From: an uncultured bacterium
GTDB lineage: Bacteria; Edwardsbacteria; AC1; EtOH8
Direction of reading: 5' to 3'
Assembly (NCBI GenBank): GCA_963780225.1
Contig: CAWAAX010000026.1
Location: 160,001 to 224,000, forward strand
Length of the DNA: 64,000 nt
A program made the position numbers and the translations under genes. Position 1 is the first letter of the stretch. Each line of letters opens with the position of its first letter. Positions 8,466 through 21,300 of this stretch are shown in pieces. The notes under the pieces were generated by a model. That model saw only the letters and a list, made by a program, of their open reading frames with translations, was not told the DNA's origin and searched no databases.

Positions 8466-11400
8466 TCACCGCACCACTATCATTTTTTTGGTATCCCTGA
8501 ATTTTCCGGCTTGTATCCGATATAAATAAATCCCGTTTGATACTGTTTGTCCAGTCCCATTTTTACCGTTCCATTGGACACTATGCATACCCGCGGGCTT
8601 TACCTCATTTACCAGCGTGGACACTAACTGCCCCATCACGTTATATACCGTTATTTTTACAGGCGCCGTCTGTTTTATGGAATATCTAATCATTGTCAAT
8701 CCTTTGCTGGGATTGGGTTTGGATCCATACAAACAGTTTTCGTAAGCGTTTTCGTATATGTTGTGCTCTTGCTTTCCGTCCACTATCGGTTTACTCAGCG
8801 CATAAGTATTATACCCGAAATTTAGATAAACCGGTCCAGCGGAATCCGTCAGTGTCAACTGGTGTGAAATTGGCATTTGCATTTCGTTGCCGAATACATC
8901 GGTGATCTGAGAAATGCTGTAGTTTCCTGTATCCGGCAAATCAACCGTTGCCTGGCCTGGACCTCGGAACCACATGATTGCCGTGCTCCCCGACCCATTA
9001 TTTTTATGGCAGTACATTCCATATACATTCGCCTGTTCGATTGGAAGCACCACTACAGTATCACAGTCCTTCATTGCATTTGTAAATGTGCGCACGGCCT
9101 GCATTGCAGGTTTATCGTTATAATAATAATCCAACAAGCCGGTATTACTTACAAAGTTAAAAGGATCAGGTCCAGTATCCTTAATATCGTAATATATCAT
9201 TAGTGGGAAGTTAAGTGCCGTGCCTGTCAATAACTCGCGAGCAACATTAATCCCTTGTCTGATCCGATTTTCCTCTAAATGTCCATCAACGAAACTGCTC
9301 CACATTGATGAACCGTCCCATGATGATGAATATCCCCATTCCGTATTCCATGTTGGGGGATTAGTAGTAGGTAGGTACGTTTTAATGATGGCACGCCAAT
9401 AGGCAATATCATCGGTGGCGGATTCTGGCCCTTCAGGGCGGTAAGGATGAACACCAATAGCATCGGGATATTGCGGATTAGTTACGTTGAAATTAGACAA
9501 AAATCTCCGCAGATAACTAAAATCTACCAGGGCAAGTCCGCCGGTTGTTATTTTAATATTTGGATCGACTGCACGCAATCGTTGAATTACAGCTTGCGTT
9601 AAATTAAAATAATCATCAGGATCAGCATCCGGTGGCCAAAACACAGTTGAATCGTTTTGCTCATTCCATATTTCATAGGCTATATTATTATAACCCTGTT
9701 CCTGAAAATGACGGGCACAAGTATCTGCAAAACGTCCAAAAGCAGCAACAGCCGCGGAATCTGTCGGTGGTAAACCCCCTGTGTAAAATGGATGACCATA
9801 ATCTAAAATAAACAGGGCTTTCATATTTCGTTCCGGGACATCCAAAGAATCCAATAAAGCGTCATAATACGAAAAATCCCACACACCCGGCTCTGGTTCC
9901 ACTCTTGTCCAAGTCAGATCCGTTCGTATCCAGGAAAAACCGGCTGCCTTGGCACTATCCAACGCCCGGTAATCCGGCCAGGTGACCACCCCCAGCCTTG
10001 AAAGTACATCAGCATCGTATATCGGTGCCCATAAGCTACCATTAGATAACAGCAAATTACCATCGACAGGTAAAAGGGTATCTAATACTTCTACATCTTC
10101 TATTTCCAGTGTTCCAAAGGCGTCTGTCCTATCCCAATGTAATGGATCGCCAGCAATAATAGCAATACTTGTAACCTTTCCACTGAAAGTTCCATCACCA
10201 CCCCAATAGCCATCCGGAGGTGTTGTCAAATCAACTACCTGACGATACCAACCATTAGCATCTACCACAAATGGTAATATGGAACGGTATTGCAATGTTT
10301 GTCCTGTGCTATCCTGAACGCGTAAATAAACCTGAATCCCGGGTTTGGGTTTAACCAGAAATGAAATTGCTCTTGCCGATAAAGGTGTTGGCATGTTGTA
10401 TATCGCACTAACATAGTGGCTTTCAGGGTTAGTTAAATCATACCACAACAGTATTTTTCGTTGCTGGGTTTGCCCTTGATCATACGTAAGTGAACCCAAT
10501 GCGCCCGGGAATTCCAAGCCAAGGTAAAGCACCCAGTCATTAATATTCATTGGAAGCGGCACATTGGCAACGGGCAGATCATAAATCAATCGAGCATTTG
10601 TTATATATACCCAACCTATCGCATTCTCCGGGGTTCTGTCAATCGGATTGCAAGGAATAATTGCCAGCCATGAAATCTCCCCATCAAGAATTCCATTCGG
10701 ATTTGTCCCACCCCAATAGCCATCTGGCGGTGCTTTCAAATCAAAAGTCAGTAGATACCACCCGTTGGGATCGGTTATTTTATATGGGCGACGGGCACTG
10801 TACTGCAGCACTTCTCCTGTTTCATCCTGCACCCGCAGAACAATATTAATACCGGGATTTGATTTAACATTAAAAACAACGGCTCTTGTCAAAAATGGGA
10901 GATCAGACTATATTCAGCACTGATATATTGGCTTGTGGGGTTACTTAAATCATAATATATACCAAGTTTATAACCCATATCGGCAGGATCTGCCGGGTAT
11001 GGCATATTATTGCTATACTCGTACGATAGAGATCCAATTGCACCAGGAAACTGCTCACCTAAAGTTAAAGTAAAATAATCTATGTTTAAGATGATCTCGC
11101 TTTGACAAATCAAATATTCGCAACTACCGACTTGGCCAAACAGACCTTTAGTTACATGGTACATCTGCCAATACATTGTTTGTAATTGGTCCTCATCGTA
11201 ATCTAACATAAGGACCTTAGTAAAAACATATTGTTCCCCTGGCAACACCGTATCGGTTAAAGCTATATAAGTTGTTGCTAAACTATTATTAAGTGTTATT
11301 TTTAGCGATACCGTCCCAGGCGCCCATATTGTTCCGGTGCCCGTGTTCTTCATGGTAAATATAACAGTCGTTGGTTTTCCCGCTATAAAACTGTCAGGAA

Positions 11401-11500
11401 TGGAATACGAAATAGTTTGAGCATCCCATTTTACTTTAGCTGCCTGCAGTACTGTTGTGCCGAATAAAAAAACCATGCAAAGTAGTAATATACGTTTCAT
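8466..11500 (-). CDS. Secreted clan GH-A glycoside hydrolase with repeated beta-domains and FlgD-Ig/T9SS-like C-terminus, frameshifted near 10898
   Basis: GGAGG RBS and signal peptide MKRILLLCMVFLF at 11500. YEIWNEQN and WNTEWG motifs. PNP..TVYNVMGQLV..WNG..SNGIYLY tail. ORFs 10889-11608 and 8466-10892 join if one C is added to a CCC run. Confidence 0.8.
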
Positions 11501-11729
11501 GATACCCTCCAATTTATTGTTATGGAACGAACCTTGGTAAATCTCCAGCGATATCGTGATCCCTCCATTACTTCCTTTCTCATGCGGGGAGGGGCAGGGG
11601 TAAGCCAATGATCAAGTTAAATATCCTGTTATGTTTTCGGCATATGTATTACCCTCCTCTGTCATAAACATTAGGTTGAAAGAAGAAATAAGTAATAAGT
11701 AATATCCTCTGTGCTTTTCACCTGTTAAC

Positions 11730-13068
11730 TTACAGTAAATTGCTGGCCAGCTCGGCCAGGGGGCTGCGTTCGCCCTTCAGCAGATTGACATGGGCGAACA
11801 GGCTCTGGCCCTTCATCCGGTCCACCAGGTAGCTCAACCCATTGCTCTGGGCGTCCAGATAGGGGGAGTCGATCTGGTAGACATCCCCGGTGAAGACGAT
11901 CTTGGCCCCCTCGCCGGCCCGGGTGATGATGGTCTTGACCTCCAGCGGAGTCAGGTTCTGGGCCTCGTCCACGATGAAGAAGATGTTGGATAAACTGCGC
12001 CCCCTGATGAAGGCCAGGGCCGAGATCACCAGTTTTTCGTTCTGGATCATCTCGTTGATCTTGTTGTGCTCCTTGCTCTCCGGGGCAAAGCGGTGCCGGA
12101 TCACGGCCAGGTTGTCCCACAGCGGCTCCATGTAGGGGTCGATCTTGGACTTGATGTCGCCGGGCAAAAAGCCGATGTCCCGGTTGGCCAGGGGCACCAC
12201 CGGCCGGGCCAAAAATATCTGGTGATAGTTGCGGCGCTGCTCCAGGGCCGCGGCCAGGGCCAAAAGGGTCTTGCCGGTGCCGGCCTTGCCGGTGAGGGCC
12301 GCCAGCTGGATCTCGGGGCGGAGCAGGGCGTCCAGGGCAAAGATCTGCTCGGCGTTGCGGGGCTCGATGCCGTAGGCCGGCCGCTTGACCAGCCTCTCCA
12401 GGCCGTCCTTCTCCGGGTTGTAATGGGCCAGCACGCTGGAGCTGTGGTTCTTGAAGACGAAATACTGGTGGGGCAACAGCTCTTCCTTCAAGGGGAAGGC
12501 CGCCCGGGGCACCAGGTAGGGCTCCTGGTAGAACTGGGAGATGAAATCCTTGTCCATGTCCTCTATCACCCGGGTGGTGACATTCAACTGGTCCAGCTGC
12601 CGGATCTTGCCGGTTTGGTAGTCGTCGGCCTGCAGGCCCAGCGACTTGGCCTTCATCCTCAGATTGATGTCCTTGGTGACTATCACCACCTGGCGGTCCG
12701 GCATGCTTCCGGGTCAGCTCCTCGGCCATGGCCAAAATGCGGTGGTCGGCCTTGTCGGCGGCGAAGGAATGGTAGACCCTCTCCGAATGCGGGTCGCCCA
12801 CCAGGATGTGAAGCTTGCCCCGGCCCTTGCCCAGGGAGATGCCCTTGGTCAGAAGATGCTCCCCGGCCAGCTTGTCCAGGTTGCGGATGAACTCCCGGGC
12901 CTCGAAGTTGATCAGGTCGCTGCCTTTTTTGAACTTGTCCAGTTCCTCCAGCACCACGATGGGGATGACGATGTCGTGTTCCTCAAAATTCTCGATGCAG
13001 GTGTGGTCGTACAGAATCACGTTGGTGTCCAGCACGAAGAGTTTTTTTGCCTTTTTGCTTTCGGCCAT
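11730..13068 (-). CDS. PIN-PhoH family protein, frameshifted near 12702
   Basis: PIN motif FVLDTNV in ORF 11725-13068. [17 protein letters not shown] and GD..QID in ORF 11730-12704. Confidence 0.9.
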
Positions 13069-13430
13069 GCTGTCCCCCTTTTGTAATGATGCAGTAAGGG
13101 TTGATGTAATAGGATTTAATGGATTAATTTCAATTTCCCACAGAAATCACGAAATAACGCGAAAATGCTTGAAAAAACATTTACCCATAAAGGCAGCTTG
13201 TTGTCTTTGATTCGCCCTTCAGTGTTTCGTGGCAATAAGGTTATTTCAGTTCCTTTCAAATATAACCCGATGACGGGATAAAATCAATAGCTTTTAGGAC
13301 CAAATTTCAAGCCGCTTAAAAATACGCCGAAAAATGTTGATTTGGGTCTTGCAATGGTTTGATTTTATATGTTAGAATAAATTTTCCACTTCATGAAAAA
13401 CAATCAAGCAATGCTATCAGCAGGAGTCAT

Positions 13431-13921
13431 ATGAAAAAGGCCAAGGCAGCTCCCAAGACGGTCAAGGGCGCAACGGCCCCGGCGGTGAAAAAAGCGGTGG
13501 CCCGGCATGCCGGCAACAAGGGGGCTTTGATCACGGTATTGCAGGAGGTCCAGGCCGAGCTGGGCTACCTGTCGGGCCAGACCATCGAGGACAGATCAGC
13601 CAAATCATGGGTCTTCCGTCCAGCCAGGTCTACGGCGTGGCCACTTTTTACACCCAGTTCCGGCTGAAGCCGGTGGGCAAGCACCTGATGAGGGTCTGCC
13701 ACGGCACCGCCTGCCACGTCAGCGGGGCGGTCAAGATCAGCCAGGCTTTGGAGGACGAGCTGAAGGTGGGCGACGGCGAGACCACCGAGGACGGAAAATT
13801 CACCCTGGAGACGGTGGCCTGCCTGGGCTGCTGCAGCCTGGCCCCGGTGATGATGATAGACAGCGAGACCTACGGCCGGCTGACCCCGGACAGCGCCCGC
13901 AAGGCGGCCAAGGATTTTTAA
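13431..13921 (+). CDS. NuoE-like 2Fe-2S subunit (StnA/HydC-like), frameshifted near 13590
   Basis: LITVLQEVQAELGYL, then VYGVATFYTQF, CHGTACHV and CLGCC..APVM in a shifted frame. Confidence 0.9.
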
Positions 13922-13982
13922 CAGATCAGGAGAATCCCTCTTTAACCGCCGGATCCATAGACTCCAACAACAAAACCGGCAG

Positions 13983-14141
13983 ATGGTGATCAAGCCCCGG
14001 TTCGATTTCGCATGGGACTTCAAGCACGGCCTGGCCATGGTGAACATGGGCGGCAAGATGAACTCCTACGGCAACACCGAGGGCGGGACCTGGGGGTATG
14101 TTGATCGGACCGGGAAGTATGTCTGGAAATCCAGAGAATAG
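13983..14141 (+). pseudogene. WG-repeat protein C-terminal remnant
   Basis: MVIKPRFDFAWDFKHGLAMV..WGYVDRTGKYVW. No intact 5' part. Confidence 0.7.
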
Positions 14142-14394
14142 CTAAGAAACGCTTGGATTTTTATAAGGAAACCATGAAACCAGGAATATTTCTTTTCTGA
14201 AATCCTCATTAATAATCAACAACCATTTCAAATTTTATCTGGAAACAGGCATCAACAAATATTTTCCTGTCTTCCTGGATTCCTCATAAATATAAAGTTC
14301 CTATAGTTTCCCAATTCAGTGTTTCCGTGTAAGTATGGTCGCGCTTGAAAGTCAAAAATTCAGAATAACCAATATATAACGGAGGGAAAGCCTC

Positions 14395-16209
14395 TTGAGA
14401 ACTGCTGCTGAAACCAAGAAAAGATCCTTAAAAAGCCCCGACTACCGGGTGGTGGTGGGGCTGGGCAGCTGCGGGATCGCGGCCGGCGGCCACAAGGTGA
14501 TGGCGGCCCTTAAGGACGAGATCAAAAAAAGCAAGCTTAACGTGGCCCTGGCCGAGACCGGCTGCGTGGGGATGTGCTACCGCGAGGTGCTGCTGGATGT
14601 TTACGACAAGAACGGCAATCTTTTCACCTACGGCAACATGACCCCGGAGCGCCTGCCCCGCTTGGTGGAGGAGCACCTGGCCAAACATCAGCCGGTGACC
14701 GACTGGCTGGTGCGGGCCCACAACCAGGCCCTGCCCGACGACAGTTTTTATGCCAAGCAGAAGCGGATAGTGCTGAGGAACTGCGGGGTGTTCAACCCCG
14801 AGAGCATCCAGGATTACATGGATCATCAGGGCTACAAAGCGCTGGAGAAGGCGTTGAAGACCATGACCCCGGAGCAGGTGATCAAGGAAGTGCTGGATTC
14901 GGGCCTGCGGGGCCGGGGCGGGGCCGGATTTCCCACCGGCCGCAAGTGGCAGTTCGCCCGGGACAGCAAGAACGACAAGAAATACATCATCTGCAACGGG
15001 GACGAGGGCGACCCCGGCGCCTTCATGGACCGCTCGGTGCTGGAGGGCGACCCCCACAACGTGATGGAGGGGATGCTGATCGCGGCCTATGCCATCGGGG
15101 CCCAGGAAGGGTACCTCTACGTCCGGGCCGAATACCCGCTGGCGGTGCAGCGGCTGAAGCTGGCCATCACCGAGGCCAGGAAGAAGGGCCTCTTAGGCAA
15201 GAACATCATGGGAACCGGATTCAACTTTGAGATGAAGATCAAGGAAGGGGCCGGGGCCTTCGTCTGCGGCGAGGAGACGGCCCTGATGGCCTCGATAGAA
15301 GGCAAGCGGGGGATGCCCAAGCTGCGGCCGCCATTCCCGGCGGTCTCCGGCCTGTGGGGCAAGCCCACCAACATCAACAACGTGGAGACCTACGCCAACG
15401 TGCCCTGGATCATATTGAACGGAGGGGCGGCCTTCGCGGCGCTGGGAACGGAGAAGAGCAAGGGCTCCAAGGTCTTCGCCCTGGCCGGGCAGATCGTGCG
15501 GGGCGGCCTGGTGGAGGTGCCCATGGGCATCACGGTGCGGGAGATCATCTACGAGGTGGGCGGCGGCATCAAGGGCGGGCGCCAGTTCAAGGCGGTGCAG
15601 ATGGGCGGGCCCTCCGGCGGCTGCATCCCGGCGGCCCTGGCCGACACCGTGATCGACTACGACTCGGTGACCCAGACCGGGGCCATCATGGGCTCGGGCG
15701 GCATGGTGGTGATGGACGACACCACCTGCATGGTGGACATCGCCCGGTTCTTTTTGGACTTCACCCAGAAGGAATCCTGCGGCAAGTGCACCTTCTGCCG
15801 GGTGGGCACCAAGCGGATGCTGGAGATACTGGACCGGATCACCAAGGGGAAAGGCGTGGAGGGCGACATAGAGATGCTGTTGGAGCTGGCCGACAAGATC
15901 AAGGTCTCCTCCCTGTGCGGGCTGGGCCAGACCGCGCCCAACCCGGTGCTGACCACCATCAAGTATTTCCGGGACGAGTACGAGGCCCACATCAAGCAGA
16001 AGAAATGCCCGGCCCACAGCTGCAAGGAACTGCTGACCTACGAGATCATCGCCGAGAAATGCGTGGGCTGCACGGCCTGCGCCAGGGTCTGCCCGTCGTC
16101 CTGCATAGCGGGCGCGGTCAAGAAGCCCCACACAATAGACCAGGCCAAGTGCGTCAAGTGCGGCAGCTGCGTGGTCAAATGTAAGTTCGATGCCATAAGA
16201 GTAAACTAA
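14395..16209 (+). CDS. NuoF-like FMN/NADH-binding subunit (StnB/HydB-like)
   Basis: SGLRGRGGAGFPTG, NGDEGDPGAFMDR, CGEETAL, ESCGKCTFCR and a C-terminal 2x[4Fe-4S] domain. Confidence 0.95.
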   Translation: MRTAAETKKRSLKSPDYRVVVGLGSCGIAAGGHKVMAALKDEIKKSKLNVALAETGCVGMCYREVLLDVYDKNGNLFTYGNMTPERLPRLVEEHLAKHQPVTDWLVRAHNQALPDDSFYAKQKRIVLRNCGVFNPESIQDYMDHQGYKALEKALKTMTPEQVIKEVLDSGLRGRGGAGFPTGRKWQFARDSKNDKKYIICNGDEGDPGAFMDRSVLEGDPHNVMEGMLIAAYAIGAQEGYLYVRAEYPLAVQRLKLAITEARKKGLLGKNIMGTGFNFEMKIKEGAGAFVCGEETALMASIEGKRGMPKLRPPFPAVSGLWGKPTNINNVETYANVPWIILNGGAAFAALGTEKSKGSKVFALAGQIVRGGLVEVPMGITVREIIYEVGGGIKGGRQFKAVQMGGPSGGCIPAALADTVIDYDSVTQTGAIMGSGGMVVMDDTTCMVDIARFFLDFTQKESCGKCTFCRVGTKRMLEILDRITKGKGVEGDIEMLLELADKIKVSSLCGLGQTAPNPVLTTIKYFRDEYEAHIKQKKCPAHSCKELLTYEIIAEKCVGCTACARVCPSSCIAGAVKKPHTIDQAKCVKCGSCVVKCKFDAIRVN

Positions 16210-16273
16210 TCGCCATGATCCCTCACAAATAGAAACACAATTTACAAAACCAATTCGAAAAAATAGCAGTTTT

Positions 16274-17797
16274 ATGCGAGCTATAATTATCGCCATATTT
16301 TGCCTAAGCAGAATAACTGCGGGACTATATGCTGGTTCTAAGGAAGATATGGTAAAAATAACTTCAGCTGGGTATGCCGAGTCCAAGTCCGGCAACCATG
16401 TCAAGGCGCACGATTTATATGTGCGAGCATTACGGTTAGCCTCTAAATATGACTGGCCAACCTATAATGAGTCACAAAGAAACAAGGCTTTGCAGGAATG
16501 CATCGAGAAACATGGCTACGATTGGCAAGGGATCGACGGGCAAAAAATATTGGGCTTGATGCAGGTGTATGCAGCGGTGAAACATTATTTTGCCGGTTTC
16601 ACAATTGTTCCCGAGTTAAATTGGGATGAACTTGTTATTCAGTATATACCACAGGTTATTGAGGCGGAAAGTGCCGAAGAATATTATAAACTGCTGCAAA
16701 CAATAATTGCCAGACTGAGGGACAATCATACACGGGTAGAATTACCGAAAACCATTCAGGATAATATTGATAGACCGGTTATTTCAGTTGAGTTCATCGA
16801 GAATAAATTCGTAATAACAAAAGTTAAGGATAGCCCGGAGATTCAAGAACAAAAATTCAAAGCTGGCGTTGAAATAATAAAGGTTGAAGGAATCCCCGTA
16901 AAGGAGTATTTTGCGAAGAATACATTACCCTATCTGCCGTTATCAAAAGTTCAATGGGAAAGATCGTATAGAGTTAACAATTTATTAGCTGGAGAGAAGA
17001 ATACCAAAGTAAAAATAACAATAGCAGATTTAAACGGCAAGGTACGAGAAATTACGCTTGCGAGAAACTCGGAAATGTATGAGAGTGAGGATAACGTGCC
17101 TGTATTAGAGGCAAAAGAGCTTGAACCGGGCATCGTATATTTTAATTTTAGAGCTTTTTGGCCTTCAGACACAGTGATTCAGAAGTTCGAACTGGAATTT
17201 AATAAACTAGATTTATCAACAACAAGAGGTATGATTTTTGATGTAAGGGAAAATGGCGGCGGCAACTCTTATGTGGGCGATGTGGTCATTTCGCATCTAA
17301 TCGATAAATCTTTAAAAGCTTGGCTGTTTAAAGCCCGTAAAAAGTGGGCAATTAAATCAAATACAAATTTACTTGCAAAAGCATATATATGGCTGATGTC
17401 GCTTAATAAAGAGTGGTTTGAAGAAATAAGTACAATAAAGCCCTCAACCGGGAAACGTTTTTCAGGACCGCTTGTGGTTTTGATTTCAAGGTATACCGGA
17501 AGCGCTGCCGAAGATTTTACCGCGGCCATTCGAGAACGCAAAAGAACAACGATTATTGGAGAAACAACCGCCGGTGGAACAGGGAACGGCATTTGGAGCA
17601 TATTGCCGGGCTATGGAACGCTTAGAGTTTGCATAAATGTCGGGGCCTATGCCAATGGCGAAATATGGCAGGGCGTGGGCATTGATCCCGACATAGCAGT
17701 GCATAAAACTGTTGAGGATGTTCGCCAGGGATCCGATCCTGTTTTAGCAAAGGGGATAGTTGTTCTTAAAGAGGATATGAATAAGGGAATAAAATGA
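16274..17797 (+). CDS. S41 family peptidase (AT-rich insert)
   Basis: DVRENGGGNS, TGSAAE, GETTAG and GVGIDPD motifs plus a signal peptide. Confidence 0.88.
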   Translation: MRAIIIAIFCLSRITAGLYAGSKEDMVKITSAGYAESKSGNHVKAHDLYVRALRLASKYDWPTYNESQRNKALQECIEKHGYDWQGIDGQKILGLMQVYAAVKHYFAGFTIVPELNWDELVIQYIPQVIEAESAEEYYKLLQTIIARLRDNHTRVELPKTIQDNIDRPVISVEFIENKFVITKVKDSPEIQEQKFKAGVEIIKVEGIPVKEYFAKNTLPYLPLSKVQWERSYRVNNLLAGEKNTKVKITIADLNGKVREITLARNSEMYESEDNVPVLEAKELEPGIVYFNFRAFWPSDTVIQKFELEFNKLDLSTTRGMIFDVRENGGGNSYVGDVVISHLIDKSLKAWLFKARKKWAIKSNTNLLAKAYIWLMSLNKEWFEEISTIKPSTGKRFSGPLVVLISRYTGSAAEDFTAAIRERKRTTIIGETTAGGTGNGIWSILPGYGTLRVCINVGAYANGEIWQGVGIDPDIAVHKTVEDVRQGSDPVLAKGIVVLKEDMNKGIK

Positions 17798-18025
17798 AAG
17801 CACCCTTTTCTGCCTGGGTTAAACGATGCCGGCAGCTGCGTGGCAAGCGCAAGTTCGACGCGATTGGGGTCAACTAACCTTACCCCGTCCCTCTCCCAAG
17901 GCATTAGGAGCTTATTTGGAAGTTAACGACAGCATGTTGTCATTAAAAAAAATGGTTCCAGCTTGTCCGGGTTAGAATAGGGAATTGTAAAAGTTTAATA
18001 TTTGCAAAAAGATTATCAGAAAATT

Positions 18026-18316
18026 ATGGAAACGACAAAAATCGCTTTATTCAAAGGCAAAAAAATAAGAAAAACACTATTTGAAAATGAATGGTGGTTT
18101 GTGGTGGAAGATGTGGTTTTAGCGTTGACTGACAGCGTGAACATCAAGGATTATATCAATAAAATGCGGGATAGGGATGCAGAATTATCTAAAGGGTATG
18201 GACAAATTGTCCATACCCTTGAAGGAGTTGTACGGGATCGCCTTCAAGGCCATGCAGGCATCCTGCCATGCCAACTGAAGAAAAATCTAAAAAACATCTT
18301 AATCACAAGAACTTAA
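18026..18316 (+). pseudogene. Truncated Bro-N domain protein
   Basis: KIALFKGKKIRK..EWWFVVEDVVLALTDS..GQIVHTL, after which the family-like sequence stops. Confidence 0.7.
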
Positions 18317-18330
18317 CAAGGAAGCAGAAG

Positions 18331-21300
18331 ATGTCCGAAATAAAAATACAGCTCAACGGCAAAGAAGTTATCTGCGATTCCGGCCAGACCATCCTGCAAG
18401 TGGCAGAAAAGCAGGGCCTGGATATTCCCAACATGTGCCACGACAAAAAGCTGGAGCCGTTCGGCTCCTGCTGGGTCTGTCTGGTGGAGGTGAAAGGGGC
18501 CCGGGGCTTCGTGCCCTCCTGCGCCACCAAGGTCTACGACGGGATGGTGGTGGACATAGACAACCAGAAGATCAGGGCCGCCCGCCAGCTGGCCCTGGAG
18601 CTGCTGCTCTCCAACCACTCCGGCGACTGCATCGCCCCCTGCCAGGCCACCTGCCCGGCCGGCTGCGACGTCCAGGGATACACCGCGCTGATCGCCAACG
18701 GGATGGAGGCCGAGGCCATCAGGCTGATCAAGGACACCCTGCCGCTGCCCGCCAGCTTGGGCCGGGTCTGCCCCCACCCCTGCGAGACCGAGTGCCGCCG
18801 CAACCTGGTGGAGGAGCCGGTGTCCATCTGCTACCTTAAGCGCCGGGCCGCCGACTTCGACCTTAACTCCGGAAAGCCGTATCTTCCCAAGGTCGCCCCC
18901 GAGACCGGCAAAAAGGTGGCGGTGGTGGGGGCCGGGCCGGCCGGCTTGAGCGCGGCCTACTATCTAAGGCAAAAAGGCCACCAGGTCACCATCTTCGAGG
19001 CCCTGCCCAAGCCCGGCGGCTGGCTGCGCTATGGCATTCCCCAGTACCGTTTGCCCAAGGAGGTTTTGGACCAGGAGATCAAGACTATCACCGACCTGGG
19101 GATAGAGATAAAATGCGAGCAGACCCTGAACCAGGATTTCACCATAGACTCTTTGCGGAAATCGTACGACGCCGTCTTCCTGGGCTTCGGGGCCCACGCC
19201 TCCACCAAGATGGGAGTGGAGGGCGAGCAGTCGGACGGGGTCTGGGACGGGATCGGCTTCCTTAAAAAACTGGCGATGGGCCAGGAGATCAAGATCGGCA
19301 AGACCGTGGCGGTGATCGGCGGCGGCAACACCGCCATCGACGCGGCCCGGACCTCGCTGCGGCTGGGGGCCGAGGAGGTAAGCATAGTCTACCGCCGCTC
19401 GGAAAAGGAGATGCCGGCCAACCCCTTCGAGATCGAGGAGGCCCGGCACGAGGGGGTCAAGTTCAAGTTTTTGACCGCGCCCACCAGGGTGATCGCCTGC
19501 ACCCAATCAGAGGGTGGCGGTCTGATCTGCCAGAAGATGGAACTGGGCGAGCCCGACGCCTCGGGCCGGCGCCGTCCCGTGCCCCAGGCCGGTTCTGATT
19601 ACAAGGTGGAGGCCGAGACCATCATCGCGGCCATCGGGCAGGCCCCGGACCTCTCGGTGCTCGGACAGAACCACGGAGTGGAGACCACCAAGTGGTCCAC
19701 CATCAAGACCGACGAGCAGACCGGGGCCACCAGCGTGGCCGGGGTGTTCGCGGCCGGCGACCTGGTGACCGGCGCGGCCACGGTGGTGGAGGCCATCGGC
19801 GGGGCCCACCGGGCGGCCGAAGCCATCCACTCCTACCTGATGACCGGCCAGGCGGCCAAACCGGTCAAGAACTTCAACATCACCAAGGGCAAGATCAACG
19901 AAGTGCCCAAGGAACTTTTCGCCCACATCCCCAAGGCGGCCAAGGCCCAGATGCCGATGCTGCCCATAGCCCAGCGCCGGAACTTTGAGGAAGTGGAAAA
20001 GGGCTTCGTCTCCACCGTGGCCGCCGACGAGGCCCAGCGCTGCCTGGAGTGCGGCTGCGCCGACGTGGTGGAGTGCAAACTGCGGGACTACGCCACCCAG
20101 TACCAGGCTTCGGTCAAGCGCTTCATGGGCGAGGTCAAGATACACCCCATCGACGAGAGCCATCCCTTCCTGGTGCGCGACCAGAGCAAGTGCATCCTGT
20201 GCGGGCGCTGCGTCCGGATGTGCCTGGAGGTGGTGGGGGCCTCGGCCCTGGGCTTCGTCTACCGGGGCTTCGGCACCATCGTGGCCCCGTCGCTGGGGAA
20301 ACCCTTCCCCGAATCCAGCTGCGTGTCCTGCGGGGCCTGCATCGAGACCTGCCCGGTGGGCGCGCTGACCGAGCGTCCCCGCCACCTGAAACCGGCCCCC
20401 TGGGAGATGCCCAAGACCAATTCGGTCTGCACCTTCTGCGGGGTGGGCTGCGGGACCGAGATCCATACCAAGGACAACAAGGCGGTCAAGCTGACCGGCA
20501 ACCAGGAAAGCCCGGCCAGCCAGGGATCGCTTTGCTTCAAGGGCAAGTTCGGGTTCGAGCTGATCCACAGCCAGGAAAGGCTGGCCGCTCCCCTGGTGAA
20601 ACAGGGCAAATCCCATGTCCCGGTGGAATGGAAGAAGGTTTTCAACCTGGTCAACGGGGACATCGACGCCATAGTCAAGAAGCACGGGCCGGAAGCGGTG
20701 GCGGTGCTGGCCTCGGGCCGGACCTCGCTGGAAGAGGCCGAGGGCCTGCGTTCCTGGGCGGCCAAGAAGGGGGTAACCAAATTCTCCAGCCTGGTTTATT
20801 CCGAAGGCCGGGCCCTGGACCAGCTGGAAAAGATACTGGGCGGGCTGAACGGCAAGAGTTACGCCGACCTGGAAAAGGCCCAGGCCATACTACTGGTGGG
20901 CTCCGACCCCTACACCCAGCATCCGGTGTTCGGGCAGATATTAAGGCAGGCGGCCAAAAAGAGCGTGCCGGTCTACATCTTATCGGAAAAACTTGGACCG
21001 TTGGCCGAGATCGCGGCCGGGCAGTTCACTGCCAAGGCCGGCGGGATCTCTTGGGCCTTGAACGGGGCGCTGAAGACACTGACAGCCTCTTCCAACCTGG
21101 CGGGTTTCACTGAATACAAAAAAGGACTGGCCAAGATCACCGGGGCGGCGGCCATCAAGGAAAGCGGGCTGAAGAAGGCCGAACTGGAGCAGCTTTCCCA
21201 GGTCTTAGCGCAGAACAAGAATCTTTTGATCGCCTTCAACGCCGAGCTGATCGACGGCGAGACCGCCAAGGCCATTGGCAACTTCCTGCTGTTGAACGAG

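Noticed and set aside
8016..11700. Prophage or integrative element at tRNA-Gln
   Set aside because: No integrase or phage genes, and no distal att copy seen beyond 8390.
1755..13591. Programmed frameshifting in mnmA, AsmA, PhoH or the NuoE-like gene
   Set aside because: No slippery heptamers or shared signal, and I know of no precedent in these families. The clustering favours sequence error.
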